From: Deltaproteobacteria bacterium
Lineage (GTDB): Bacteria; Myxococcota_A; UBA9160; SMWR01
Reading direction: 5' to 3'
Assembly (NCBI GenBank): GCA_019313245.1
Contig: JAFDBP010000056.1
Location: forward strand, 1 to 63,461
Length of the DNA: 63,461 nucleotides
Shown: positions 53,469-62,176 of the stretch, one piece after another
Position numbering within the stretch: position 1 is the stretch's first letter
How the letters are laid out: every line of letters starts with the position of its first letter
Program-made: the position numbers and the translations under genes
Notes under the pieces: model-generated
What the model saw: only the letters and a program-made list of their open reading frames with translations
Database searches by the model: none
What the model was told of the DNA's origin: nothing

Positions 53469-53693
53469 TCAGAGATCCCGGAGCTTCGAGAGGATCTCGT
53501 CCGGCTCGGGGAAGCGATCCACCTCGTGCTTGGAGAAGATCATGTCGCCGTCGACGACGACGTCGAATATCCCCCCACCGCCGCTGACCAACTCGGGCTC
53601 GACGCCGGTTTCATCCTTGATGGTGGCTGCCAAACTGGCAGCCTGGGGCAGGTAATTTCACTGTGCGCAATAGGTGATCGAAATCTTCATCAT
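53469..53693 (-). CDS. selW: SelW/Rdx-family selenoprotein (CxxU), in-frame TGA read as selenocysteine
   Basis: Not in the ORF track. ATGATG at 53693 with GGAGG 6 nt upstream. Translation: MMKISITYCAQ-TGA(53660..53658)-NYLPQAASLAATIKDETGVEPELVSGGGGIFDVVVDGDMIFSKHEVDRFPEPDEILSKLRDL-stop(53471..53469). The CxxU redox motif and the G-G-x-F-x-V...SK...RFP pattern are those of the Rdx/SelW fold. Confidence 0.8.
53625..53643 (-). promoter_or_regulatory. SECIS-like stem-loop GGCUGCC-AGUUU-GGCAGCC downstream of the in-frame UGA
   Basis: The hairpin begins 14 nt 3' of the UGA on the coding (minus) strand. It has a 7-8-bp GC-rich stem and a small apical loop containing GU, matching the position and form of bacterial SECIS elements. 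Confidence 0.6.
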
Positions 53694-53729
53694 CAGGTCC
53701 TCCCGTGGCAATCCGGATTGACGCAGCTC

Positions 53730-54479
53730 CTAGTCGCGGCTGGACATGAACAGCCGCAGCACGTACCAGAACATCAGTGCCACCGACGCGAAGAGCTGCA
53801 ACGCCGCGCCGACGTATCGGTCTTCCGGGAAGTGGTGCAACACATTGGAGGTGTCGTAGAGGATCGCAGCGCCCGCGAATCCGATCATCGCGACCGAGAA
53901 CCAGGTGCCGAGTTCGAAACCGAAGAGGATGCCGCCGACGATCGCGAGCAGCGCCACGACTCCGCCCCACATCAGCATCCCGCGCAGAAACGAGAAATCC
54001 TTCCGGGTTACGAAAGCCACCGCGGTCAGTCCCGCAAAACCGACCAGCGTCACGATGGCAGCGCTCTGGATCGCGCCGGGAGCGTACATCTCGGCCAACC
54101 AGAGCATGGGAACGAAAATGATCGACTCCGCGACCACGAAGCCGCCTAGCGCCGCGTATTGAGCCCCCTTGGATTCCGAAGTGAGCGAGATCCGGGACGC
54201 GAACCAGCTGACCAGCATGAAGGCGCCGAGAACGAGCAGCCACGAGCCACTGAGGAGCACCCGCGCGATCGACTCCGCGTAACCGGACTGGAACAGGGCC
54301 ACCTCGATCAGGGTAAACAGCACGATCGCACCCATCAGGTGGTTGTAGGTGCGGTTGATGAAGGTGGCGCGCTCGTTGACGCCGATGGCGGCAACGGGTT
54401 GGTACCCCTGGGAAATCTGAAAATCAGTGCTCAAAGATGCTTCCTCCAATTGGAATTGCCCTTTGCGCGAGTTAGACAC
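53730..54479 (-). CDS. Bax inhibitor-1/YccA family membrane protein
   Basis: Seven TM segments. N-terminal FINRTYNHLMGAIVLF and C-terminal ILYDTSNVL...ALQLFASVALMFWYVLRLF blocks are typical of BI-1/UPF0005. GTG start. Lies immediately upstream of the selW-like gene on the same strand. Confidence 0.88.
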   Translation of the reverse strand: MSNSRKGQFQLEEASLSTDFQISQGYQPVAAIGVNERATFINRTYNHLMGAIVLFTLIEVALFQSGYAESIARVLLSGSWLLVLGAFMLVSWFASRISLTSESKGAQYAALGGFVVAESIIFVPMLWLAEMYAPGAIQSAAIVTLVGFAGLTAVAFVTRKDFSFLRGMLMWGGVVALLAIVGGILFGFELGTWFSVAMIGFAGAAILYDTSNVLHHFPEDRYVGAALQLFASVALMFWYVLRLFMSSRD

Positions 54480-54702
54480 GCGCGGGTTCCCTTCGGTTCA
54501 TCGACACTGGGAGTAAATCAGGATAGTCCGACCGATTCAATCGCGCTCCCCGCGGGCCTTCCGCCACGGGCGACGCCAATCGCGGATCACTTTTGCGTGG
54601 CGATCTGGCGGCCCGGATTGCCGGCTCCCCGAACGGCGAAGTTGGTTAAGCTCTTCGCCCGACCGCCGCTCCTTTCGAACCCGGAAAGGCGCGGTATGCC
54701 GA

Positions 54703-56178
54703 TTGCCGCTCACCGGCCCCACCGAGGAGGTTCGAGTCTTGGCGTTTCGAGAATACGCGGACTTCGACGCTCTGGGACTGGCCGAGCTGGTCGCCAGAGG
54801 CGAGGTCAGCGCGGCGGAACTGGTCGACGAAGCCATCGACCGCGCGGAGCGGCACAACCCGAAGCTCAACGCGCTGGTCTTCGCGATGTACGACTCGGCG
54901 CGGGACGCCGCGCGCAAAGCCGACGCGGAACGAGACCCGGCGCCATTTCGCGGCGTCCCGTTCCTGCTGAAGGATCTGCTCGGCAACTACGCGGGCGTGC
55001 CGACGACCTGCGCGAGCCGCTTCCTGGCCGGCGTGCCCGCGAATCACGACAGCGAACTCGTACTGCGCTTCCGGCGGGCCGGTCTGATCCCGATCGGAAA
55101 GACCAATTGCTCCGAATTCGGACTGCTTCCCACGACGGAGCCCCAGCTGCACGGGACCTGCCGAAATCCCTGGAACACCGACCGCTCCTCGGGGGGTTCG
55201 AGCGGCGGCTCGGCCGCCGCGGTAGCCGCCGGAATCGTGCCGGTGGCCCACGCGAGTGACGGAGGCGGTTCGATCCGGATCCCGGCGTCCTGCTGCGGCC
55301 TCGTCGGAATGAAGCCGACCCGCGCGCGCAACACGCTCGCCCCGCTGATCGGAGACATCATGAGCGGCCTGGTCGTCGAGCACGCGGTGTCGCGCAGCGT
55401 GCGCGATAGCGCGGCGATCCTCGACTGCACGGCCGGACCGGGCATCGGCGATCCCTACACCGCGCCTCCCCCCGAGCGGCCCTACCTCGAAGAGGTTTCC
55501 CGCGACCCGGGCCGGCTGCGCCTGGCGACCTGGTCGCAGAACATCCGCGGCGGGGCGATCGACTCCGAGTGCCGAGAGGCCGTCGAGAAAACCGCTGCGC
55601 TACTCGTCGACCTCGGGCATGACGTCGAGCAAGCCGCCCCGCCGATCGACGCCGACATGATCGCCGACGCCTTTTTCACCATCTGGACCGCCGGCGCCAC
55701 CGCGACGATCGACCTGATGCAGCTGAGCGCCGGCCGCGTCGCGACGCCCGAATTCTTCGAGCCGCTGACCTGGGCGCTCTACGAACGCGGCCGGGAAATC
55801 AGCGCTTCCGACTACCAACGCGCGGTCGCCCTCAGCCAGCTCGCGTCGCGGCAGATCGCCGCGTTCTTCGAGACCTACGACGCCTGGTTTACACCCACGC
55901 TCGAAAAGCCCCCGCTGCCGCTCGGCCAGCTCGATGGCCGCGAAACCGACATCGAAAAGGCCTTCGCGCCGATCTTCGAGTACGCGACCTACACACCGAT
56001 CTTCAACTCGACCGGCCAGCCGGCGATCTCCCTGCCACTTCACTGGACGGCTGACGGCTTGCCGGTCGGGGTGCAGCTCGCGGGGCGTTTTGGCGACGAG
56101 GGCCTGCTCTTCCGACTGGCCGCGCAGCTGGAAACAGCGCGGCCCTGGATCGAACGCAAGCCGCCAATCTGGGACTAG
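54703..56178 (+). CDS. amidase (amidase-signature family)
   Basis: AS signature GGSSGGSAAAVAAGIVPVAHASDGGGSIRIPASCCGLVGMKPT with the Ser-cisSer-Lys triad context. Start uncertain: TTG 54703, or TTG 54739 which has GAGGAGG 9 nt upstream. Confidence 0.9.
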   Translation: MPLTGPTEEVRVLAFREYADFDALGLAELVARGEVSAAELVDEAIDRAERHNPKLNALVFAMYDSARDAARKADAERDPAPFRGVPFLLKDLLGNYAGVPTTCASRFLAGVPANHDSELVLRFRRAGLIPIGKTNCSEFGLLPTTEPQLHGTCRNPWNTDRSSGGSSGGSAAAVAAGIVPVAHASDGGGSIRIPASCCGLVGMKPTRARNTLAPLIGDIMSGLVVEHAVSRSVRDSAAILDCTAGPGIGDPYTAPPPERPYLEEVSRDPGRLRLATWSQNIRGGAIDSECREAVEKTAALLVDLGHDVEQAAPPIDADMIADAFFTIWTAGATATIDLMQLSAGRVATPEFFEPLTWALYERGREISASDYQRAVALSQLASRQIAAFFETYDAWFTPTLEKPPLPLGQLDGRETDIEKAFAPIFEYATYTPIFNSTGQPAISLPLHWTADGLPVGVQLAGRFGDEGLLFRLAAQLETARPWIERKPPIWD

Positions 56179-56217
56179 CTGGATCGCTTCAAAGGGGTGT
56201 TCCGCTGACCGATCGCG

Positions 56218-56913
56218 TCAGTCGCCCAGTCCCGCCAGAAATTTCAACAGCGCGTCGTGAAACATGTCCGGCTGATCGAGGTAGGCGGGGTGCTTGGCCT
56301 TGGGCAGGATCACGACTTCGGCCTTCTCAAAACTCGCAGCCAGCGTCTTCGCCATCGCGGGCTTGAACAGCTGGTCCGATTCCCCCCAGACGATCAGCGC
56401 CGGCACGGGGCTCTGCTTCAATTTGGGCGCGTATTCCTGGACGCCGACCGGAGCGATCGGAACCCAGCCCGACACCTTCTCGGGTTGCTCGAGGATCAGC
56501 GGAAAGCTCACGTTTCCGCTGCGAGACGGAGAAATCAGAACCGGTGGATCGATCTCGAGCGCGCCGATCAGCCCTCCGAGAAAGATCTCCTTGTCGAGCT
56601 GCCACGGCCGCGATTGACCCGAACCCGGCAGATCGAGCGCGAGCGCGCGATAGCCGGCTTCGGCGAGAACATCCAAGGTCCCGAGTTTCTGCCACGTACT
56701 CGCCTTGAACTTTCCGCCGTGAAGCAGCAAGACGGGGCGCCCCTCCTTGGGCCCCGCGACGAGCAGGTGCATCTTGTTGCCCTGGAGTTCGACCCAGGCA
56801 TCCGAGACCTCTGCCGCAGCCGTGGGGACGCCCGGCGAGAAGAAGAACGAAACCGTCAGCAATAGAGCGGCGAACGGCACCATCGAGAATTGGATCCAGC
56901 GGGAGATTTTCAT
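56218..56913 (-). CDS. secreted alpha/beta hydrolase
   Basis: ATG 56913 (MKISRWIQF) with a signal peptide. HGGKFKASTW, nucleophile-region ISPSRSGN, and C-terminal KHPAYLDQPDMFHDALLKFL. Confidence 0.8.
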   Translation of the reverse strand: MKISRWIQFSMVPFAALLLTVSFFFSPGVPTAAAEVSDAWVELQGNKMHLLVAGPKEGRPVLLLHGGKFKASTWQKLGTLDVLAEAGYRALALDLPGSGQSRPWQLDKEIFLGGLIGALEIDPPVLISPSRSGNVSFPLILEQPEKVSGWVPIAPVGVQEYAPKLKQSPVPALIVWGESDQLFKPAMAKTLAASFEKAEVVILPKAKHPAYLDQPDMFHDALLKFLAGLGD

Positions 56914-57008
56914 GCGGCCGAGTTTCCCGATTCTCGGGTCTCCGCGCAATCCCGACCGACTTCAGAGCGATGGCGCGCGCAGCCGGCACCAAGCATCGAG
57001 CGGCGGCT

Positions 57009-58163
57009 TCAACAGCAGCCCGATCCCCCGGGCTTTCGCGTCGCGCGATATCCCGCACCCTTCGTCTCGCGCGGGCCTCGCGGCCCGACGCCCTGAAAGC
57101 GGGGTTGCTCGGCTTCGGGCACGGAATCGCGCGGGCGAATCGGCACGAAGTCATCCGCGTACGGAGTACCGCTGAGGCTGCGGAAGAATTCCGCGCTCAC
57201 CGCCGTGCGCTCGCCGCGCACGAACCGATTCCCATCCTCGTCTTCGACCGCTTTCCAGGGTCCGCGGTAGATCAAAGCCTGGTTGCCGTCGCGGCTCGGC
57301 CCGGCGTCCGCCTTGTTGGCCGTGATGGTCACTGAGCGAAACTCGATCCCCTCGACCACCGCGAAGGGCTCGGCTTCCCACTTGTCGATCGCAATGCCGC
57401 GAAAGCCCGCCTCTTCGAAAGCCCGCAGCAACTCCGCTTCCTGAAAAGCGCCCGACACGCAACCGCTCCAGAGTTCGGCGTTCGCCTTGAGCTTCTCGGG
57501 CACCGCTTCGTCGCTCACGATGTCCGAGATCGCGATGCGCCCCCCGACCTTGACCACTCGGAAGATCTCCTCCACGAGCTGGTGTCGATCCGACTCTTGT
57601 ACGAGGTTGAGGACACAGTTCGAAACGACCAGGTCCACCGATGCGTCCGCGACGAGCGCAGACGTGCGCCTGAGCCGTTCACTCGCCTCTTCGAAAGCTG
57701 CGAGGTCTGCCCCTCCACGCACGGGGTGCTCGGCCAGCCATTCGTCGAGCGCATCCAGATCCAACGCGAGATCCTGGATTCGGGCGCGCCGAAACTCGAC
57801 GTTCGCGTACCCGAGTGCCTCGGCGACCGCAGGTGCGGAGGCGCGAGCGAGACGCAGCATGTCTTCGTTCAGGTCGACACCGATCACCGCCCCCTTCGGC
57901 CCGGCGATCTGGGCCGCGATGAAACAGATCTTGCCCGCTCCGCTGCCGAGATCGAGAACCACATCTCCCTCGCGGACGTAGCGAGAGGGATCCCCACAGC
58001 CGTAGTCGCGATCGAGCACCTCCTGCGGAATCACAGCGAGGTATTGCGGGTCGTAATCGACCGGGCAACAGAGCGTCGCTTCTCTCTCGCGCGCCGCGGC
58101 ACTGTAACGCTCGCGAACGGCGCGCTCGGTGTCGCGTTCGGGATTGCGGCGATCGGATGTCAT
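57009..58163 (-). CDS. ArsM-like SAM-dependent methyltransferase with extended C-terminal domain
   Basis: CCPVDYD near the N-terminus, SAM motif I VLDLGSGAGKICF, VSNCVLNL, and WSGCVSGA (Cys context as in arsenite methyltransferases). Then a ~110-aa extension ending in GSGCC. Confidence 0.75.
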   Translation of the reverse strand: MTSDRRNPERDTERAVRERYSAAAREREATLCCPVDYDPQYLAVIPQEVLDRDYGCGDPSRYVREGDVVLDLGSGAGKICFIAAQIAGPKGAVIGVDLNEDMLRLARASAPAVAEALGYANVEFRRARIQDLALDLDALDEWLAEHPVRGGADLAAFEEASERLRRTSALVADASVDLVVSNCVLNLVQESDRHQLVEEIFRVVKVGGRIAISDIVSDEAVPEKLKANAELWSGCVSGAFQEAELLRAFEEAGFRGIAIDKWEAEPFAVVEGIEFRSVTITANKADAGPSRDGNQALIYRGPWKAVEDEDGNRFVRGERTAVSAEFFRSLSGTPYADDFVPIRPRDSVPEAEQPRFQGVGPRGPRETKGAGYRATRKPGGSGCC

Positions 58164-58362
58164 GGATCGAACTCCCTGGTCGAAACCGCTGGCGTCGTCA
58201 TCGACGGCACCACAACGGCGTTTTCCGTCATGTCCGCAGCTCGATGCGGACGCGAATCGCTGCCGGCACTGCCGAATACGAGGTGCGGTCCGCGGCGGTT
58301 ACCGATCCGCCCAGAAGGCTCCAGGCGCCCCTCGAGCCACCCCGCCGGCCCCGTGCGGGGCG

Positions 58363-59964
58363 CTAGGCGACCTCCAGTTCGAAGGCTGCGCGCATCAGCC
58401 GCCGCGTGTAGTCCTGCTGCGGGTCGTGGAAGATCTCATCGGAGGCGCCCTGCTCCACCACGCACCCATCGCGCATCACGACCACGTAATGGGAAAGCGC
58501 CCGCACCACGCGCAAATCGTGACTGATGAAGAGATAACTCAGACCGTAGCGCTGCTGGAGATCTCGCAGCAGGTCGACGATCTGGGCCTGTACGGAGCGG
58601 TCCAGCGCCGAAGTCGGCTCGTCGAGAATCACGAGTCGCGGCTGCAGCACGATGGCGCGCGCGATGGCGACCCGCTGTCGCTGGCCTCCCGAAAACTCGT
58701 GCGGGTAGCGGTGGCGACTGTCCGGGTCGAGCCCAACCTCTTCGAGCACGCGAATCACCTGGCGCTCTCGCTCCGCGGCGTCGCCGAGCGCGTGAATCCT
58801 GAGACCCTCTTCGACGATGCTACCCACCGACATCCGCGGACTCAGGCTGCTGAAGGGGTCTTGAAATACCATCTGCATCTCTCGGCGCAGCGGGCGGGTC
58901 TCCTTCCAGCGAAGCGACTGGATCTCTCGGCCCTGGAATTCGATGCTCCCGCTGCTGCTCTGTAAGCGCAACAGCGCGAGCCCCAGAGTCGTCTTGCCGC
59001 TTCCGCTCTCCCCCACGACACCCAGTGTCTCGCCCTCGCGCACCGAGAGCGACACGCCCTCGACGGCTTTCAGGTGCGCGACCGTGCGCCGAACGATGCC
59101 CCGCTTGATCGGGAACCACACCCGCACATCGCGACACTGCATGACTTCCCGCGCCTCGGCGCGCGGCGTCGGCGGTTCGCCCTTCGGCTCCGCGCCGAGC
59201 AAATGTTGGGTGTAGGGGTGGGCCGGCGACTCGAAGAGCCTGTCGACCGTACCGGCCTCGACGATCTTTCCGTTCGTCATCACGCAAACCCGATCGGAGA
59301 GCTTCCGAACGATGCCGAGATCGTGCGTGATCAGCAGGATCGCCATCCCGAACTCGGTCTGGAGTTCCTCGAGCAGCGCGAGGATCTGGGCCTGGATCGT
59401 GACGTCGAGCGCCGTCGTCGGCTCATCGGCGATCAGCAGATCGGGATCGTTCGCGAGTGCCATCGCAATCATGACCCGCTGACGCTGGCCGCCCGACAGC
59501 TCGTGGGGATAGCTGTTCAAGCGACTCTCCGGGTCTGCAATGCCGACGCGATCGAGCAGCTCTAGCGCGCGCGCCCGCGCGGTGGCTGCGGTCGCGCCCC
59601 GGTGGAGCATCAAGGTCTCGGCGATCTGTTTTTCGACCCGGTGCAGCGGGTTGAGCGAGGTCATCGGCTCCTGAAAGATCATCGCGATGCGATCTCCGCG
59701 AATTTCCTGCAACTCGCCCGCGGGCGCGCCCATCAATTCGCGCTGCTCGAAACGGATGCTCCCCGAGGGATGCGACGCACCGGGATACGGCAGAAGTTGC
59801 AACACCGACAGCGCGGTGACGGACTTGCCGGATCCGCTCTCGCCGACGAGCGCAACCGTCTCACCGCGATTCACATCGAACGACAAGCCCCGGACGGCCT
59901 CGAGTGGACCGCTCGGAGTCGCGAAGTTCACCCGCAGATCCGATACCGAAAGCAGCGGGCTCAT
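58363..59964 (-). CDS. yejF: ABC transporter ATP-binding protein with two ATPase domains (YejF-like)
   Basis: ATG 59964 overlaps the upstream stop (ATGA). Two Walker A motifs ([18 protein letters not shown]), two LSGGQRQR signatures and two Walker B motifs ([16 protein letters not shown]). Confidence 0.9.
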   Translation of the reverse strand: MSPLLSVSDLRVNFATPSGPLEAVRGLSFDVNRGETVALVGESGSGKSVTALSVLQLLPYPGASHPSGSIRFEQRELMGAPAGELQEIRGDRIAMIFQEPMTSLNPLHRVEKQIAETLMLHRGATAATARARALELLDRVGIADPESRLNSYPHELSGGQRQRVMIAMALANDPDLLIADEPTTALDVTIQAQILALLEELQTEFGMAILLITHDLGIVRKLSDRVCVMTNGKIVEAGTVDRLFESPAHPYTQHLLGAEPKGEPPTPRAEAREVMQCRDVRVWFPIKRGIVRRTVAHLKAVEGVSLSVREGETLGVVGESGSGKTTLGLALLRLQSSSGSIEFQGREIQSLRWKETRPLRREMQMVFQDPFSSLSPRMSVGSIVEEGLRIHALGDAAERERQVIRVLEEVGLDPDSRHRYPHEFSGGQRQRVAIARAIVLQPRLVILDEPTSALDRSVQAQIVDLLRDLQQRYGLSYLFISHDLRVVRALSHYVVVMRDGCVVEQGASDEIFHDPQQDYTRRLMRAAFELEVA

Positions 59965-61037
59965 GAAGCCACCCTCGCTTCGTAGCCGGTCTGCTCGGGC
60001 GGTGGCGCATCCGCGAGAAAGCTCTTGCGCGGATCGAACGCGTCGCGCACCGCTTCGCCGATGAAGATCAACAGGCTCAACATCAACGCGATCACGAAGA
60101 AACCCGACAGTCCAAGCCACGGGGCGCTCAGATTGTTCTTGCCCTGATTGAGCAACTCTCCGAGCGAGGCGCTGCCGGGCGGCAATCCAAAGCCCAGGAA
60201 GTCCAGGGCGGTCAACGACGTAATCGCGCCGCTCAGGATGAACGGGAGGAACGTCAGCGTCGCCACCATCGCGTTGGGCAGGATGTGGTTGAACATGATC
60301 GAGAGATCACCCGCGCCGAGCGCGCGCGCGGCGCGCACGTAATCGAAATTGCGGGTGCGGAGAAACTCGGCGCGCACCACCCGAACCAACTCCGTCCAGC
60401 TGAACAGGAGCAGCAGCCCGAGCAGCCACCAGAAGTTGGGCTGCACGACGCTCGCGAGGATGATCAGCAGATAGAGCGTCGGCAGGCTCGACCAGATCTC
60501 GATGAAGCGTTGGAAATACAGATCGACGCGCCCGCCGAAGTAGCCCTGGACCGCGCCCGCTGCGATTCCGATCGCGGAACTGATCAGGGTCAGCGCGAGG
60601 CCAAACAGCACCGAAATCCGAAAACCGTAGATCAAGCGCGCAACCACATCGCGCGCCTGGTCGTCCGTGCCCAGCCAGTTGTTCACAGTCGGCGCAGACG
60701 GCGCCGGCGTGGGCAGGTCGTAGCAGATCGTGTCGTAGCTGAACGGAATCAGCGGCCACAGGATCCAGCCCCTGGCTTCGATGAGTTCCTGGACTTCCGG
60801 ATCCGCATAATCCGCTTCGGTTTCGAGAAACCCGCCGAAGACCGTCTCGGGATAAGCCGTAAGCAGCGGAAAATAGAACGCGCCGTCGTAGCGCAACAGC
60901 AGCGGCTTGTCGTTGGCGATGACATCCGCGAACAGCGTCACCAGAAAGAGCGCGGAGAAGATCCAGAGCGACCAGTAGCCGCGGCGGTTGGCCTTGAAGG
61001 TGCGGATCCTGCGCTGTCCGATCTCTCCGATCGCCAC
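59961..61037 (-). CDS. yejE: ABC peptide-type transporter permease (YejE-like)
   Basis: Six TMs. Contains an N-terminal extended periplasmic loop and a BPD-transporter EAA-like region (YVRAARALGAGDLSIMFNHILPN). Confidence 0.88.
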   Translation of the reverse strand: MAIGEIGQRRIRTFKANRRGYWSLWIFSALFLVTLFADVIANDKPLLLRYDGAFYFPLLTAYPETVFGGFLETEADYADPEVQELIEARGWILWPLIPFSYDTICYDLPTPAPSAPTVNNWLGTDDQARDVVARLIYGFRISVLFGLALTLISSAIGIAAGAVQGYFGGRVDLYFQRFIEIWSSLPTLYLLIILASVVQPNFWWLLGLLLLFSWTELVRVVRAEFLRTRNFDYVRAARALGAGDLSIMFNHILPNAMVATLTFLPFILSGAITSLTALDFLGFGLPPGSASLGELLNQGKNNLSAPWLGLSGFFVIALMLSLLIFIGEAVRDAFDPRKSFLADAPPPEQTGYEARVAS

Positions 61038-61039
61038 GC

Positions 61040-62137
61040 TCAGGTTTCCCGCGCCTCGAAATCGATCCGCGGATCGACGAACGCGTAGGTGAGATCCGTG
61101 ATCAGCCCCATCAACAAGCCGAGCAGCGTGAAGAAATACAGCGTGGCGAACATGACCGGATAATCCCGGTTGATGGCCGCCTCGAAGCCGAGCAACCCCA
61201 GGCCATCCAGCGAGAAGATCACCTCGATCAGCAGCGCGCCGGTGAACAGGATGCGGATGAACGCCGACGGGAATCCGGCGATCACGATCAGCATCGCGTT
61301 GCGAAAGACATGGCCGTATAGCACGCGGTCTTCAGCGAGGCCCTTGGCGCGAGCCGTCACCACGTACTGCTTTCCGATCTCGTCGAGAAATGAATTCTTG
61401 GTGAGAATCGTGAGCGAGGCAAAGCCGCCGATCACGAGCGCGAAGACGGGGAGCGTGATGTGCCAGAAGTAATCCCTCACCTGATCGAACCAACCGAGCT
61501 CCTTCCAGCCCTCGGAGTGCAGGCCGCGCAGCGGAAACCAATCCAGGTATTGGCCGCCCGCAAATACCACGATCAACAGGATCGCGAACAAGAAGGATGG
61601 CACTGCATTGCCGATCACGACGACCGTGCTCGTCGCGATGTCGAAGCGGGAGCCGTCGCGAACGGCCTTGGCGATCCCGAGCGGGATCGAGATCAGGTAG
61701 ACGAACAGCGTCGTCCAGAGTCCGAGCGAGATCGAGACCGGCATCTTGTCGACGACGAGCTGGGCGACACTGCGATCGCGGTAGTAGCTCTTGCCGAAAT
61801 CGAAGACTGCAAAATCGCGCATCATCGAGAGGAAGCGCTCGTGCAGCGGCTTGTCGAAACCGAATTGACGCTCGAGCTGCGCGATGTATTCCGGCGGCAA
61901 CCCCTGCGCGCCCCGATACGTCTGGGTCGTGCCGGCACTCGACGCCGAGGCCCCCGCGAATTCCCCGCCCCCACCCGAGATTCGCTCGGTCGCGGATACG
62001 GCCGTGTGATCGAGTTGCGCGAGGATCCGCTCGATCGGCCCGCCCGGCACGGCCTGGACGATCGCGAAGTTCAACAGCATGATCGCGAACAGCGTCGGCA
62101 CGATCAGCAGCAGTCGTCGGATGATGTACGCGGCCAC
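61040..62137 (-). CDS. yejB: ABC peptide-type transporter permease (YejB-like)
   Basis: [24 protein letters not shown] (DppB/OppB-type N-terminus) and the EAA-like region [24 protein letters not shown]. Confidence 0.88.
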   Translation of the reverse strand: MAAYIIRRLLLIVPTLFAIMLLNFAIVQAVPGGPIERILAQLDHTAVSATERISGGGGEFAGASASSAGTTQTYRGAQGLPPEYIAQLERQFGFDKPLHERFLSMMRDFAVFDFGKSYYRDRSVAQLVVDKMPVSISLGLWTTLFVYLISIPLGIAKAVRDGSRFDIATSTVVVIGNAVPSFLFAILLIVVFAGGQYLDWFPLRGLHSEGWKELGWFDQVRDYFWHITLPVFALVIGGFASLTILTKNSFLDEIGKQYVVTARAKGLAEDRVLYGHVFRNAMLIVIAGFPSAFIRILFTGALLIEVIFSLDGLGLLGFEAAINRDYPVMFATLYFFTLLGLLMGLITDLTYAFVDPRIDFEARET

Positions 62138-62176
62138 GCTAGCGCCCGTCGCCGCAGCCGTGCCGAAGCGGAGCGA

